Positions 27,173 to 44,585 of a DNA stretch of 64,000 nucleotides are shown piece by piece; the stretch's first letter is position 1; every line of letters starts with the position of its first letter. A program made the position numbers and the translations under genes. The stretch covers positions 124,001 to 188,000 of the forward strand of contig JAHLTZ010000010.1 in NCBI GenBank assembly GCA_025786725.1, read 5' to 3'. Source of the DNA: Syncephalis fuscata S228. Taxonomy: Eukaryota > Fungi > Zoopagomycota. The notes under the pieces are model-generated. The model did no database searches. It saw nothing but the letters and a program-made list of their open reading frames with translations, and had not been told where the DNA came from.

Positions 27173-28238
27173 TTTTGTGCCCCTAGCTTCAAACTGAAGG
27201 GTAAAAAGATTCATAACTCAAATAAACCGTCGATTAGTTGTTAATACAGAGAATTACTATTTGTTGAAGCAATGTCATATCAACTCCGATTGAATTAATT
27301 AGTGTCAATTAACCTGCACTATTTTCAATATGATATTAGTGTTAATAAATGGTATAATATTTCATGCTACTTACAATAAAACATAATAAATAAATAAATG
27401 TTAATTTATGTTATTGTTACTGTAAAATATTCAAAGCATTACAATTCGATATTTAATGTCACTCACCATCTAGTTTCATGTTTAGTAGAATAACAAATGT
27501 GCAGTTCAACCAGGTAAAAGATGTCAGCTTTGATCTTTTGACACTAAATTACATGAGTCTACTAATAAATTACTTAATATTAGTGAGCTATTTTACTTTA
27601 ACTCCCTCATTTTTATTTACTTATTTCATCCCTTAACACTTAAATGCAATTAAACACTTATTCATTACTATATGTATAATATTACATCCAACATTGATTG
27701 ATTCACGTGTAATTATCAGTACAATAATGTAATTAATTAGCTATCTTTATTATTACTTTAACATCTATATATATATTGTCATTATGATATTAATTGTTTA
27801 AATGCCATTTATTTAGTCAGATTGGCTATAGTGAGAAGTGGCAGTTTAATAAACAACATTTATAATTATTATATTAATATTGCTCTTACATTGCAAATAT
27901 GCCCAAAATGCAATAGTGAAATATTAGAAAATAGAAGAGATCATTTAAATGCAGGAATTCATGCTATAGATAGATGTAATAATAATAAATGCGGAATGAC
28001 ATGGAATTGCAGTCATATGGCTTCTATTAATATTCGGTCAATATTTCTACACATGACTAACAACAATAATCGGTCTCAAATATTTCAAAGAAATCAAATA
28101 GTGTGTTACATTATTTATCTAAATTAATTTATTAACAATATTTTAATAGAAAGTAATATAACTATGTTTGTTGTGCACAACTGTGTGACTTCAATTAAAA
28201 CGAGTTTTGCTTTGGGATTCAAAATAGGGGGCACAAAG
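27173..28238. mobile_element. Candidate ~1.07-kb MITE with short TIRs, TA-flanked
   Basis: TA|ttttgtgcccctagcttcaaa at 27171 and ttcaaaatagggggcacaaag|TA ending at 28240 are imperfect inverted copies. A solo arm of the fold-back family lies inside (~27453-27580). Confidence 0.35.
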
Positions 28239-28298
28239 TAGATTCAACAATAACACAAATACATAGACAAGCATGCATATACATGCTGTAACTATTTA

Positions 28299-29164
28299 TT
28301 ATTTATTGTCACGATCAAACATGCCGGCAAATTCGCTGCGTTGACGAGCATCGGCCTCAGATTCAAGTTGTCGTAATTTTAAACGTAGACGCTGTACATC
28401 AGGATCTACAAATAGCAATTATTCAATATTAATAAATTAATACATATGATTGATAGTCAAGTGTATTAATTACCTTTAGGCTGCTTATCAAGCAATATGA
28501 CCAAATCCTCGGCTGCCTTCTCTAGCCCACCAATTGATAGTTGAGCATTAACCCGTCGAATACGAGCTTTAAAGTTGGTTGCATCCTTTTCAAGTGACTA
28601 ACAAATTGTTAATAGCCATTTAGCTTTTATTAATAGCGCATGCTTACTTTACTACTGTATTTAATAACTTGATCCCAATTACTATCTTTTAAATGGCATG
28701 CTATCAAATTAATTAATATTATCAGTTCAGATTATTAATTCATATTATTTATATTATATCATTAATGTTAGCTTTATTACTATTTATTTACCTGAGATAT
28801 TGCTATAAATACTAGCGAGTAGACCATCAATATCAGTGGCTTGAGCCTCAGTTACTGTCTCGCCAGATCGATTTGGCGGAATAAATACATCACGCGGTCC
28901 GTTTAAACCATGAAGAAACATTACGGCCTATATTGAATATACCAATTTATAAACATGCTATGTTATTGGCCACGTTGCTTACCTCGTGATAATGGCGAAG
29001 GGCTATAATGTTCATATTATTAATAGTATTAGTATTAGTATTAGTATCGGAGTTTATAGCTAAACTTGGTATGACTTGCCTACTTTGCGATCATCTTGTT
29101 TAAATGACTCGTTGCCTTGGTCTTTAAGCTGAGTGGCACGTTCAATTTTCTCTGTAACATTCAT
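28299..29164 (-). CDS. TPR protein (TTC9/FKBP-type TPR), 6 exons; absent from the ORF track
   Basis: MNVTEKIERATQLKDQGNESFK..ALRHYHEAVMFLHGL..YSNISACHLK..NFKARIRR..EFAGMFDRDNK*. Confidence 0.82.
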
Positions 29165-29905
29165 GATAAATCACAGGGTATTGAGTTTGAATAAGCAAGC
29201 AATGTGGTATAATATATATGGTATATATATGGCCTTTGAGACGAGGGAGTGCAAGCGTGTACGCGTGTACGTGGATAAGTGAGTGAAGAATAGAATGACT
29301 GGATGGACAGTGATGTGATATGGTCATGGGACAGTGTGATATGACTCGATGTCTTGTGATCAATTGTGAAGGCCTTCCTCTTACACGTCCCTTTGTGGCG
29401 ACCCTCACTGTTTGAGTGGCGTTGTTGGTATTATGATGGCTATAGTCGTTCTCGGCATTTCCGTCCTACGGTTGAAGCATGGTAATAGGAAATACGAATC
29501 GATGACGACAATACTGGCCAACAACGATCTATGTTTAATGGTGTCCGAGTAAAAGCTGCTTGTTTTGATTTTATATTGAATTTATCACTCTTCTCAAAGC
29601 GGCGTTTCTATTCTCACATAACAACAACAACAGTTTAGTAGCAATAACTACAGCTACAGCTATAACAACAGTAGCAATAGTATTGGTATTATTGATAGCA
29701 CTAGCAGTAGCAGTGGCAGTAGTAATAGTAGTAGTAGTAGCACCTCTTCTCGAGCAACAACTCCTGCGTCATCCTTATACCGTTTGCTTCTTCGACTTTT
29801 TCTTTCTTTCTTTCTTACCTTCATTCTCTTTCTTATTTGCTCGTCTATCTTTTGAACATCACGCCTGGCACTGTCTTTGGCTGTTTTCGCTTTTGTTAAA
29901 TCATC

Positions 29906-31336
29906 ATGAACATTTTCTTTAAAAACAAGGCGAAATCGCCACAAGAACTGGTGAAGATAGTGCGAGATTCAGTCAACCGACTAACGCCATCCGATAAAAA
30001 AGTACGCACTAACTACGCTCTAGTATCGCCAGTTCGCTAATACTTGCTATGATAATAGCCAGCCGAGGACATTTCAAAAAGTTTGGCGGCCATGAAAATT
30101 ATTCTCTATGGTGATGGAGGTAGGTAGCTTGAGAAGAGCCGCTCTTAGGCAAATGTCACAGCATCTAATGTCTTTCGGACAGATAACGACCCTTCCCCTG
30201 AGTTGATTGCCCAGTTGTCCCAAGAAGTCTACAGCAATGATGTATTGGCGCTGCTGGTCAAGCATATGGCGCTGCTAGAATTTGAGGTGAGGTCTATCTT
30301 GGTAGCACACATCGTCATTTGACCAATTTGGTCAATCCCTAGGCTAAAAAGGACGTGGCACAAATATTCAACAACCTTTTACGCCGTCAAGTAGGCACCC
30401 GTTATCCCACCGTCGATTATTTGACACGGAGCGAGGATATTCTATTTTCATTGCAACTTGGGTAATTGTACATGTGTATATTTGTATAGCATTATTGACA
30501 TTTGTATACATAACTAGCTATGAGAATCAAGAAATTGCCCTTAGCTGTGGTATGATTCTACGTGAATGTGCTCGTCACGAACCATTAGCCCGCATTTTAC
30601 TACTTTCTCCAAAGTTCTATCAGTATTTTGACTATGTTGAGGCTGGCTCGTTTGATGTGGCTAGCGATGCATTTGCCACCTTCCGAGTAAGTTATCGCCA
30701 ATTATTGGCGTTAATCTAATAGCAAATCGATTGTGTTAGGAATTGTTGACTAGACACAAAGCACAAGTTGCTAGTTTCCTACAAGAAAACTACGATGCCG
30801 TAAGTAATTAGCGATTTAACAAGATAAAATATTAAAATGGTGCAGTTTTTCGAACGCTATACAGTTTTACTTAACTCGGAAAACTATGTGACAAAGCGAC
30901 AGTCCATCAAGGTAAATCAACTACTTTAGTAACTTTATATAACACTTGCATTAATTTACTTTAGCTTTTGGGAGAGATTCTACTTGATCGCGCCAATTTT
31001 AATGTGATGACAAAATACATTAGCAATGCAGATAACCTGAAACTAATGATGAATTTACTACGCGAGAAAAGTCGAAATATTCAGTTTGAAGCATTCCATG
31101 TATTCAAAGTGTTTGTAGCCAATCCTAATAAAAATCGCCCTGTTTCAGACATTCTTCGAAAGAATCGAGAAAAACTTATTACTTTTCTTGGCAACTTCCA
31201 TAACGATCGCACTGGTAAGCACTAATGACGATGGTAGCTAGCATAATGAATCGACTAATCAACACGTTTATTAGATGATGACCAGTTTAATAGCGAAAAG
31301 GCATTCCTAATCAAACAGATTCAAGATATGGCCTAG
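29906..31336 (+). CDS. HYM1: MO25/Hym1/CAB39 scaffold protein
   Basis: [93 protein letters not shown]. Confidence 0.95.
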
Positions 31337-32449
31337 GACGATCGGTAGCGGCAAGTCCAGTAGGCAAAGCAACAGTGGAATAATTGTACGGACTATCCAA
31401 TAAGTATTATTACGTCTATCCTGCGGTCATCTTGTTGGCCATTGGTTTCTAGCTGCAACAACACCTAGCGCGCTAGTCCATGTTGCACAACAAGTTATAT
31501 ATTACGGTGTGAGCATTCTTTAGTTTGATGAAATTTAAAATATACATTTGTTTTGAGATCATGAAAGTATTAGTCTACAAACGATAAATGAGTTCTTTCT
31601 GTTATTTTATTTACAACGGACAACAAAATGATTGTTGAGCTATATATTTTAATGACTACAATGTTACTTACTACAATAAAATAAGATTACTTTGTATATA
31701 ATTAAGATTGGTCGATATTGTCGCTATTGTTGTTTTAGTCGTTTTAGAATTAACAAGCATTGTATTGGATGGTCATCATTGGCACTATTTGTAATATGCA
31801 TAATCATAGTATTTTATCGTATGTACAAAGCCAGACATTGTAAAATAAGCAATGAAAAAACTATGATACATTATTGCACATATTCGGAATCATTGTAATT
31901 TTATATCGTTAGTGCGAATGGTAAACAACTACACTACGATTAATCCATGATGTCTACCATGTAATCGAACAACTGCTGTCAATAACATGTGAATAGTCAC
32001 AACAACATTATACTAAATGCTAGTACTAACAATCACAAACAAACAGCTATCCAAGAACATAGTAAATACTTGTTATTTACTAACATATGGTCAACCATGT
32101 AACAAGGCTTATGTTCTATCAACAACAGTATTTATTATAAAATACTAGCTTTATTGGAATTATAATTAAATATATCTTTGGCTCTATTTTTTTTCTACTT
32201 TATTTACAAGTGTTATTCAGTTATTAAAAGCTTAGCTGTGGTAATTGATAACTAAAAGGATAATTATTTGTTGTTTATTTTATAATAACATCAGGTTTAT
32301 GTTATATTAAGTAAGCGTAGGCAAGACGATAGCCATTAAGTTGTTAGTCGTTACAATATACACCTTCATGTTTATCAATATATATCCTTGTTTGCTCATA
32401 TTGTTACAATAACAATTTTAAAATATTATAGTCAATGCCTAAGCAACCG

Positions 32450-32493
32450 AGAGAGGGAGGAGGGAGGGGGAGGGAGAAAGGGAGAAAGAGAGG
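32450..32493 (+). repeat. Pure purine (GGGA-rich) tract, potential G4/H-DNA
   Basis: agagagggaggagggagggggagggagaaagggagaaagagagg. Confidence 0.6.
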
Positions 32494-34781
32494 TTAGATA
32501 AAGTAAATGGCTTATTTAAGCATAGTTGTATTGATTTAACAAAATATTAATATTACTATTAGCAACATTCTTATTTTAAGTATAAATATAATTAGTAATT
32601 TATACAAAAGTCTCAGTTGTATCAACACATTTATATCACTATATTATTACTTTAAATGCTTGCTATAAACTTGTCTATATAGTCTGTTATGCCGTCAACC
32701 AACTAATTTCTATACTTATTTATTTTCTAAGCACTGCTGTGATTGGGCCCGTACATGCATGTACAAATGATCAAATAAATACGACGATTAGTTACGTAAA
32801 AATAAGGAGTACAGATATTTTTCTTTTGTATGAAATTAAGCATTTACGCTGTGTAAAAAACAAACTTCCCTTTATTCGTACCAATAAAAACAACTCGGTA
32901 AAAAACCTAATCTTTACGAATAACCACATGCACGTTGATACTACGCAGTGTTGCCTGACTCCTTTTTCGCTCCCACTCTCATAAAAAAAACCTAGTTACC
33001 CCAGATCAAAGTGTAGCGATAAAACAACGTAAATATTGTTATTATTTGGCCAAATTAAATGATTCAACAAAATTTAATTTAAGCCTCGTTGTACTTTAAT
33101 TAAAGTTTTTCCCATCAGGGTCTTTTTAATTTGTTCGCCATTTAATGGCCGGCAGTATTAGGTATTTATAATACTGCCGACCAAACATTAAATAAATAAT
33201 TTAATTTAATTGCAATTACTTTAGCTTATTTTTGGGTTTATACAGTTGAGACTTTTGTGTTGTTACTGTTCTATAATCCCAGACAGGGTCTTGTGAAAGT
33301 GTGACCAAGAGATATACCATGTGATGATCACAAGAATAATATATCTATCGATATTAGTACCGATTACTAGTAACAAATGCCTATTACGACAATACGACGA
33401 GTAGCTACTTGTTAGTTGTGAGCATATGAACAGTCACCTGAACTAATATGCTGCACTAATGATGAAATACACAAGGCATTCAGTTCTATTATTAGTTGTG
33501 TTTACTATATAATAATAGCTTTATTCAATATCAATAAAGAAATAATCAAGTTTCTAGTCCAATGTTATTTCTACTTAGTGTCATACAAGTTATTCAGTTT
33601 ATTTTAGCTAAACTGTGGTAATTAATGGCTAATAAGAAATAATTTTATTATAAAAGCAATACAACCAAACAACACATTGTATTGTTTTATCACTAGCCAA
33701 TAATATGACTTTATCTTTCTCATCGGATTAAAAATTGCTATAATCAGATCATCGTAGTTTAAAATAATATGGTTTGCAAAACATTGCTTTTAACCTCCAA
33801 GACATTAATAAACTTTATTAAAAATCTATTTTAATTTCAAATTTACTAATAAAATAATAATAAAATCATATTACTGCATAATAATAACAATATTCAACTA
33901 AATATTCATGGCTTTTGGCCTTGTTTTTTAATAGAGCTCATAATGATGTCAACAGTGCCTTTGTAAGGTACTGTTTGCTTATCAGCTCGGTAAATTCGCA
34001 CTGTTTATCTCTAGAAATGCTCTACATGTACCCTTAAGGTTACACATGCCCATGTGCTGTTGAGATAACGCTGTGTCACCACGCAAATGATGCATCTCCA
34101 TTGTCCTGCTCGAACCGCATTAACAGAATACCGATTGGTAAGAAATGACTGTGAAAACAATCCACGGAATATTCCAAAAAATCCGCTGCTGATTTTGCAA
34201 TCCTCACTTTAGCTTTAAATTTTATTTTTGTATTTTTTTGGAAAAATAAATGTCCTTAAAACGATACTGTATTGCGTCAATGTCTATATATTTGTTTCTA
34301 TTATCTAATGCCAATAGCATTGCTGTATATCTAAATCGTGTGAGTCAACATGCATATCGATAGCATTTTCTCACATCTACTGTGTGTGTGTGTGTGTGTG
34401 CATGAGTGTAAATCTTTAAGCGGAGTAACAAACTAAAAATAATTGTTTTATGGAAGACTTGCTTCCTATACTAGCTGTGTCCTATTTTACATGACATCAT
34501 GTCACTATTTTTCTAGACAATTAAAACTAGACCATGGGCGACCCATGCACCAGCATGAAATATATAAATAAACTGAATTAGCAAGCCAACAATAATGGGC
34601 AAAAATAATCGAGTAATACTTTTTTTCCAATTCAGCTACACGTTTGATAGCACGCTCTTTGCAATATTTATTAAATATTGCAATTATCCAATTTATATTC
34701 TATTATTAAGCTAAACTTTACTTTATTTCATGTTGTTGTTACCAACCACATCCAAGTTTTATATTATTGTTACAAGTCACC

Positions 34782-38829
<4,048 letters not shown>

Positions 38830-39089
38830 AAGCAATTGTTATTATTATTCAAAGTAAATAAGTTATTAGCTGCAATATTAGCATTATTTGTTACTATTCA
38901 TACTTTGCCATCGTATATTCATTTTACTATATATCATTATAGCATATATTGAATACACACTATTAATAAAAGACGTTTATTGTTAAATTGCATTTAGATA
39001 AATTTAGTTAATTAATATAGCTATGCATTCTATTCTATATTATTTTATATTTTATTAAGCATTTTTTATTAATAAAAAGCTATATTTTT

Positions 39090-40435
39090 GTAACAACCGT
39101 AAAACAAAGTACTATAAAGGGGGATTTTAAAACATACACCGTTTTAAATTTCACCATAATACATTCCTCTTTTAAATTTTATATATTTATTTATTAATAA
39201 AATTATTTTTGCTTGCCTCGCGCTTTGTTTTTTATAATGATTTTATCACAAATTAGATACTCTTTAATGGTATATTTTTATAGCTATTTCATTAGTAGTT
39301 TGTATCTGTTTCTTAATAAAACGTTTATTTCAACATCAATTATTGTTTCAATACTATTAGTACTAGTTTTACATAACATTTTTTTGTATTGTATTTTTTA
39401 AATTGCATTTATCACAAGTATATCGTTGGAAGTCTTTTAAAAAATAAAGCACAGTTGTTATTGCTGTTAATATCGCTACAATTAACTAAACTACGTAAAT
39501 AAGCAAAGTTTTAAATTAAAATTGCTGCATTTATTGTAATTAACTTTTTTTCCCATCAGGGATTTTTAGCTTTGTAACTTTTATTATTCAATAATATTAT
39601 AAATACATAATATCATTACTCAAGTCATAATAAAATGACTTTTATAATCTAATTCGTTTAGCTTATATCAAAATCTATACAATTACAGCTTTTGTTATAG
39701 ATATGCTAATTTGAGTTATTTTTATAAGTTATTTAATAATAATTTTATTAAATTGATATTAAGCATTTGATTAAGCTAATTCTATTTTTTTCCTCCTTTA
39801 GTTACTTGGTCAATACTACATCATTTTATTACTGTTGTTGTAACACTGCCATTCTTTTTTATCAAATCAAAAGCAGATCAAGCTTTGTAATAAAAAATAA
39901 CATCTATTAAGCTATTACAATTGTTAGTGTATATTAAATAATTAAAAATGTACTTAATACTTTCACTTGTGCATCTTTAATTTCATATTTGAGAATGTAG
40001 CAACATTGTTTGTAATAGATTTAATAGTGTTATCACCAAAATCATATAAACAGCCATTAAAATGTTTAATATTGCACTGGGTAATCTTTACTAGGCCAAT
40101 TTTCTGCTTTCTGGCAGTTAAAACAAACTGACATTTGTTGCTGAAATGGTCTTCATGAGCTCAAATAAGCTGTAATTTTGCTGAATTACTATTTTTCCTC
40201 TTAAAATTGCATCTTTAACAAGCTTAAAATCATCAATAGCGGCTCTCAGTTATTCAATACTGTTAAATATAGCTTTTTATATAATTTGATAGACATTTGG
40301 TATATTTTTTAAAACGGTATATTTTAATAAATAAAATTTAAAAAATTATTATAATAAAATTTAAAAACAGTGTATTTTTCTAATTTTTCTATTATAAAAT
40401 AAATATAATTTTTTGTTAAATTAAGTTGTGTAACA
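39090..40435 (-). mobile_element. Decayed Mutator-like (MuDR/MULE) element with degenerate TIRs
   Basis: Minus strand, ~40270 to 39865: IFNSIE*LRAAIDDF / FKRKNSNSAKLQLI*AHE..KCQFVLTARK..VKITQCNIKH..C and YYKA*S. This is the MuDR N-terminal Zn/DBD pattern, with stops at Cys/Trp codons. 39130-39205 resembles the reverse complement of 40300-40380. Confidence 0.6.
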
Positions 40436-41787
40436 TTTATAGATTTTTTGGAGATTAAAATAAAATAACTGTGAAAAAGTATTTACACAAGTGTTTTTGC
40501 ACGGTTATTTTCCATAACAAATAGGCATTCGCTATGACTTTCGGTTATCTTTTTCATATAAATCCATTGCACAGTGTTCCATTTAGTAACTGTAGTAGTG
40601 CGCTGTATCTCTTTGTTACGCACGGTATTATTAGAAATATAGTTTATTTAGGATTTTTATAACACAATAAAAATTACTCAATTTTAACCTTTTATTTCTT
40701 TTCTTTTACATTAACACACTGTTGCTATTTCATCTACATAATAATTAAGTGATAAAAGTTTAATTATGTTGATTACCATATTTGGTACTCAGCCTAATTA
40801 TCTATAACAACGTCACGGGATTTACACACTTTATAGTAATACCCATGATTAACAGGCAACTAGGCATTTAAATTCTACCGACCGCTAACAACAGCGCTGG
40901 TCAATTACAATTCTTACCAGTGATTCGAGTTTTTTGTAAGACACCTGCCAATTATTAGCAATCACACTACCTATTATACAGGTGTTATTATACTTGCTAA
41001 AGTAAAAAGCACTCATACTAATCCATCAAGGAAAAGAATAAACAATAAGTTCAAGTTCTTTTTTCACTATCATTAAGACCGTTTACTATAAAATGACACC
41101 ATTATTGTATTATCTTAACAAAAAGTATTTTAATTTTAATTTTAAATTCACTTTTTTATTGTTAAATTTTAACCTTTCTTTTCATCTCAGTCTATCAGTG
41201 ATTGTTGGACTAAGCTGACACCTTTTATTAGCTAACATTATTGTAGTCTTTTATATACTTTCTTTAGACTTATTAATAAAGGATTAATAATTTTCTATTG
41301 AGAATTTAAGGCAAGTCTTATCAAATACCAACTACTTATATTATAGGTTGTTCAAGACTAGCGTAATACTAGTCATTAGCTTATTATTCTGCTCTTAGTG
41401 AAGCAGTAACATGTTCAAGCAACTGCACCTTTCCTGTCATATTTTTTATCAAAAAAAGCTATATCAAGCATGGCTATTGAGACTGTACAAGTATTTAAAT
41501 CTTCACAATACCAGCACATGTCAAATTCCTTTTTTATTATTCTAGTGGGAATATATTGAAATGCCGTCACTATTAATTGGTGAAATCAAACCATTTTACT
41601 ACTGTATTTGGCCATTTCTAAATTTGTAGTATTGTTTTTATTTCGACAAAAAAAAGATCGCTTTTAGTATAAAAGTATAGCTACTTAATCTTTCAGCCTT
41701 CGCACCCCAGTTTTCTCTTCTTGATAAACAATCTACTTTTTACCAGCACAACCATTTACGCTAGATATACCGTTAAATAGATATATA

Positions 41788-42947
41788 ATGATGACGTTTA
41801 GACCCAATTTTACCTTTACCATCGCTATTACTGCATTGTTATTGACAGTGTTTACCAAAAATACCATTGCACTTCCAAGTTCAATTGGCCGAAAAGCGGG
41901 TATGAACTTAAATTTGTTTGCAGACAACAGAATATTAACGTAAATATACGTATTTCTAGACTTGGTCGATCCGAATAGGCGTAAGTAGTCAGAATAGTAG
42001 TCTTGTATCATAATGTTAATTGTATAAAATATTTATTACAGAGATGGAATTTTTATTACAATTAGAAAATTCTAATGCATTTGGCGTAAATGGACTTAGT
42101 ATTCTTGGTGTATTCGACTATGCCAATAGCATAGAAGCCGCCACAGGGAAATATCGTTCCAACATACATGTGCCTGAACATGACGTTTTAATTATTTGCG
42201 GAAAAAAACGACGAACAGAATTGGAAGTAGTGTTGCAAGTATATAGAGTAAGCTATTGATAAGATACACTATGAATTTTGATATTGACATACACTGTAAA
42301 CAATAGGATATTTATAACAATCCACCTTTTGCATCCTCCACAATTGTCAAGGCCAAAAATATTTTCCTCTCCCCAGAGTGCAGTTTTTTACTACTGCAGA
42401 GTCTTGCTACGCTATAGATAAATATTCATGCGAGGATACCTTAGGGCGTTTTATCAAAAGTGGTAAACCCACTAAAGAAGAGGCAGAAAATATAATAAAA
42501 CAAATGAAGACGGTAATTATTAGTGCATAAATATTACGTTTATTGTGACTAACTTAAATATAGCGATGCAGTATATGAAATCAATGAAATGGTATTTGTT
42601 TGGTGTTTCACTCGACAGTAAGTTGCACACACATATGTACTTCTTTCTCTATGCTAACATTAACCAACCATGTTCTAGATATATGCATCAATTCAAGAAA
42701 AACTTTGATATTTAATCAATTGGCAGAACTACACTCTATCAAGGATACAGGTTTTGGACAATTATCTGCAGAACAAAATAACAATATGATTAGAATCGCC
42801 AACAATTACGGTTGGCACAACTTGGGCCAAATCTATATGAAAGCCATTCCTACAGAGGACATCAAGGTGGCAATAGCAAGAGCCAAAAAGGATTTTGAAG
42901 GATTGGAACTACCTCCCCGTAATCTTCCGGGATATAATTCCCCATAA
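41788..42947 (+). CDS. Secreted protein-kinase-like (pseudokinase) protein, ~6 exons; two apparent -1 shifts (may be a pseudogene)
   Basis: Signal peptide MMTFRPNFTFTIAITALLLTVFTKNTIA-LP. Then CYAIDKYSCEDTLGRFI..EAENIIKQMKTAMQYMKSMKWYLFGVSLDNICINSRKTLIFNQL, which follows kinase subdomains V-VII spacing without HRD/DFG. Confidence 0.6.
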
Positions 42948-43825
42948 CCTAAATCAATAAACAGTAATTTTGATTTAAACATAGTTATGGATTAAAAGTA
43001 ATGAATAATATTTTAATGGTAAAACCAGTGATAAGCACATGTAGTAAAGTAGCATGATTTTTAATGTAACTAAACGGTTATGTTAGCTATTATCAATTGT
43101 ATATAAAAAACTATAGTTAATAAACAATAGTATGCAAACACTTTTATTGTTATCATAATATAGTATAAATAAAATTTATAAAAGAGTAATGATAAAATCT
43201 AGTGGTTTATTTGTAAATACTTTAAAAGAGTTGCACTAAATACATTTTATTTAATATCAATCAATCGTTTATCTTTTTATTTACTACTACTAAATCCATA
43301 TTACCTTTAATATTGTTAAAACCAACTTTGCCTTAACAGTGCTAATTTGCAAATAGCAATGCAATAACAATAAATACTTTGTGTCGCACATATTAAAGTT
43401 GGCATGTTAATGTTTGTTGGTAGCTGCGGCAAAAATAATAGAATCGCTAGCGTGGTTATTAATCAAATAAATAACATTAATATTTTTCAAAACATAATAA
43501 GCAATATAATAGTTTATTGCGGGAATAGTTTAATGTTTAAAATATGACAGTGCTGTGGGATAATTAAATTGGTGTACTGTGAACAAGATCAACTAATAAT
43601 ATTGATTTACATCGTGTAACAATGTATAACTTAACACAGCAACAGCGCACATATATTATAATTAATTTGCTAATTAAAATTATCATGTACAATCTAAAAA
43701 GCACAGCTACCTGTAGATATAACTCTTATTTTACAAAATTCAATATTTAGCAAAATAAATTTAAAAGTAATTAAAAATATATATGCAAAAATTCAAAATT
43801 TTTTGTGGAAAACACCATAACGTAT

Positions 43826-43898
43826 GGGGGTCTAGCTCAGATGGTAGAGCGCTCGCTTAGCATGCGAGAGGTACTGGGATCGATGCCCAGGTCCTCCA
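43826..43898 (+). tRNA. tRNA-Ala (anticodon AGC)
   Basis: GGGGGTC-TA-GCTCAGATGGTAGAGC-G-CTCGC-TTAGCAT-GCGAG-AGGTA-CTGGG-ATCGATG-CCCAG-GTCCTCC-A. G3:U70 Ala identity pair, A54 T-loop, TTTTT terminator at ~43905. Confidence 0.96.
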
Positions 43899-44585
43899 AT
43901 TACCTTTTTGCTTTAGCTTACAATACTAGTCATGTGACTATATTAAACGCTGAGTAATAGCTTTTATTATAGTACTGTTTGTAAGGTTGTAACATGCACA
44001 GGAGGGAAAGAAGAAGTAATAGCTTTATGGATTGTAAAGTGATCACACATGGATAAGTTAGAACAATAAAAAATAAAGTTTAATTCAAGACAATATTTAT
44101 TATAATTTTAATGCTAATATGTTTGGTTTATATAGTTATTGAGCAACACTATTATGCATTGCGCTGATTAAGTATGGTATGCTTTTTAGTACTGCTAACT
44201 AAAGTATTAAAAACATAAATGAATATGAAATAAATGATCGGTTATGTTGCTACCTGGTCAGTTAATTAGCTTGCTGGTCAAGCAATGATTGTCGTAATAC
44301 AATTATTATTTTAGTGGCAAGTACTTCAGTAATATAAAGTTTTATTACATCACTGATTTGTAGAATACGTGTAGGAATATGTAAAAGGTAGTGCAGCATG
44401 TTACAGTAGTGAGTATATTATTGCTTATCACTGTGCTATATGTTAATACGTAAAACGATAACACAGTGTTTAACAGTGGTGTGTAATTTACTACGTAAAA
44501 GTATCCACAAGCGTGACAACTGTGCAAGATAGCAGCACCTTAGAACTGTCGTCAAAGTCGCTACTTTTTAATTATCGTAGTAACT

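Noticed and set aside
39865-40170. In-frame TGA as selenocysteine or recoding
   Set aside because: Occurs in a TE relic that also has TAA stops and frameshifts.
40700-41730. Possible additional decayed coding sequence on the minus strand
   Set aside because: Too many stops and no recognisable motif to assign.
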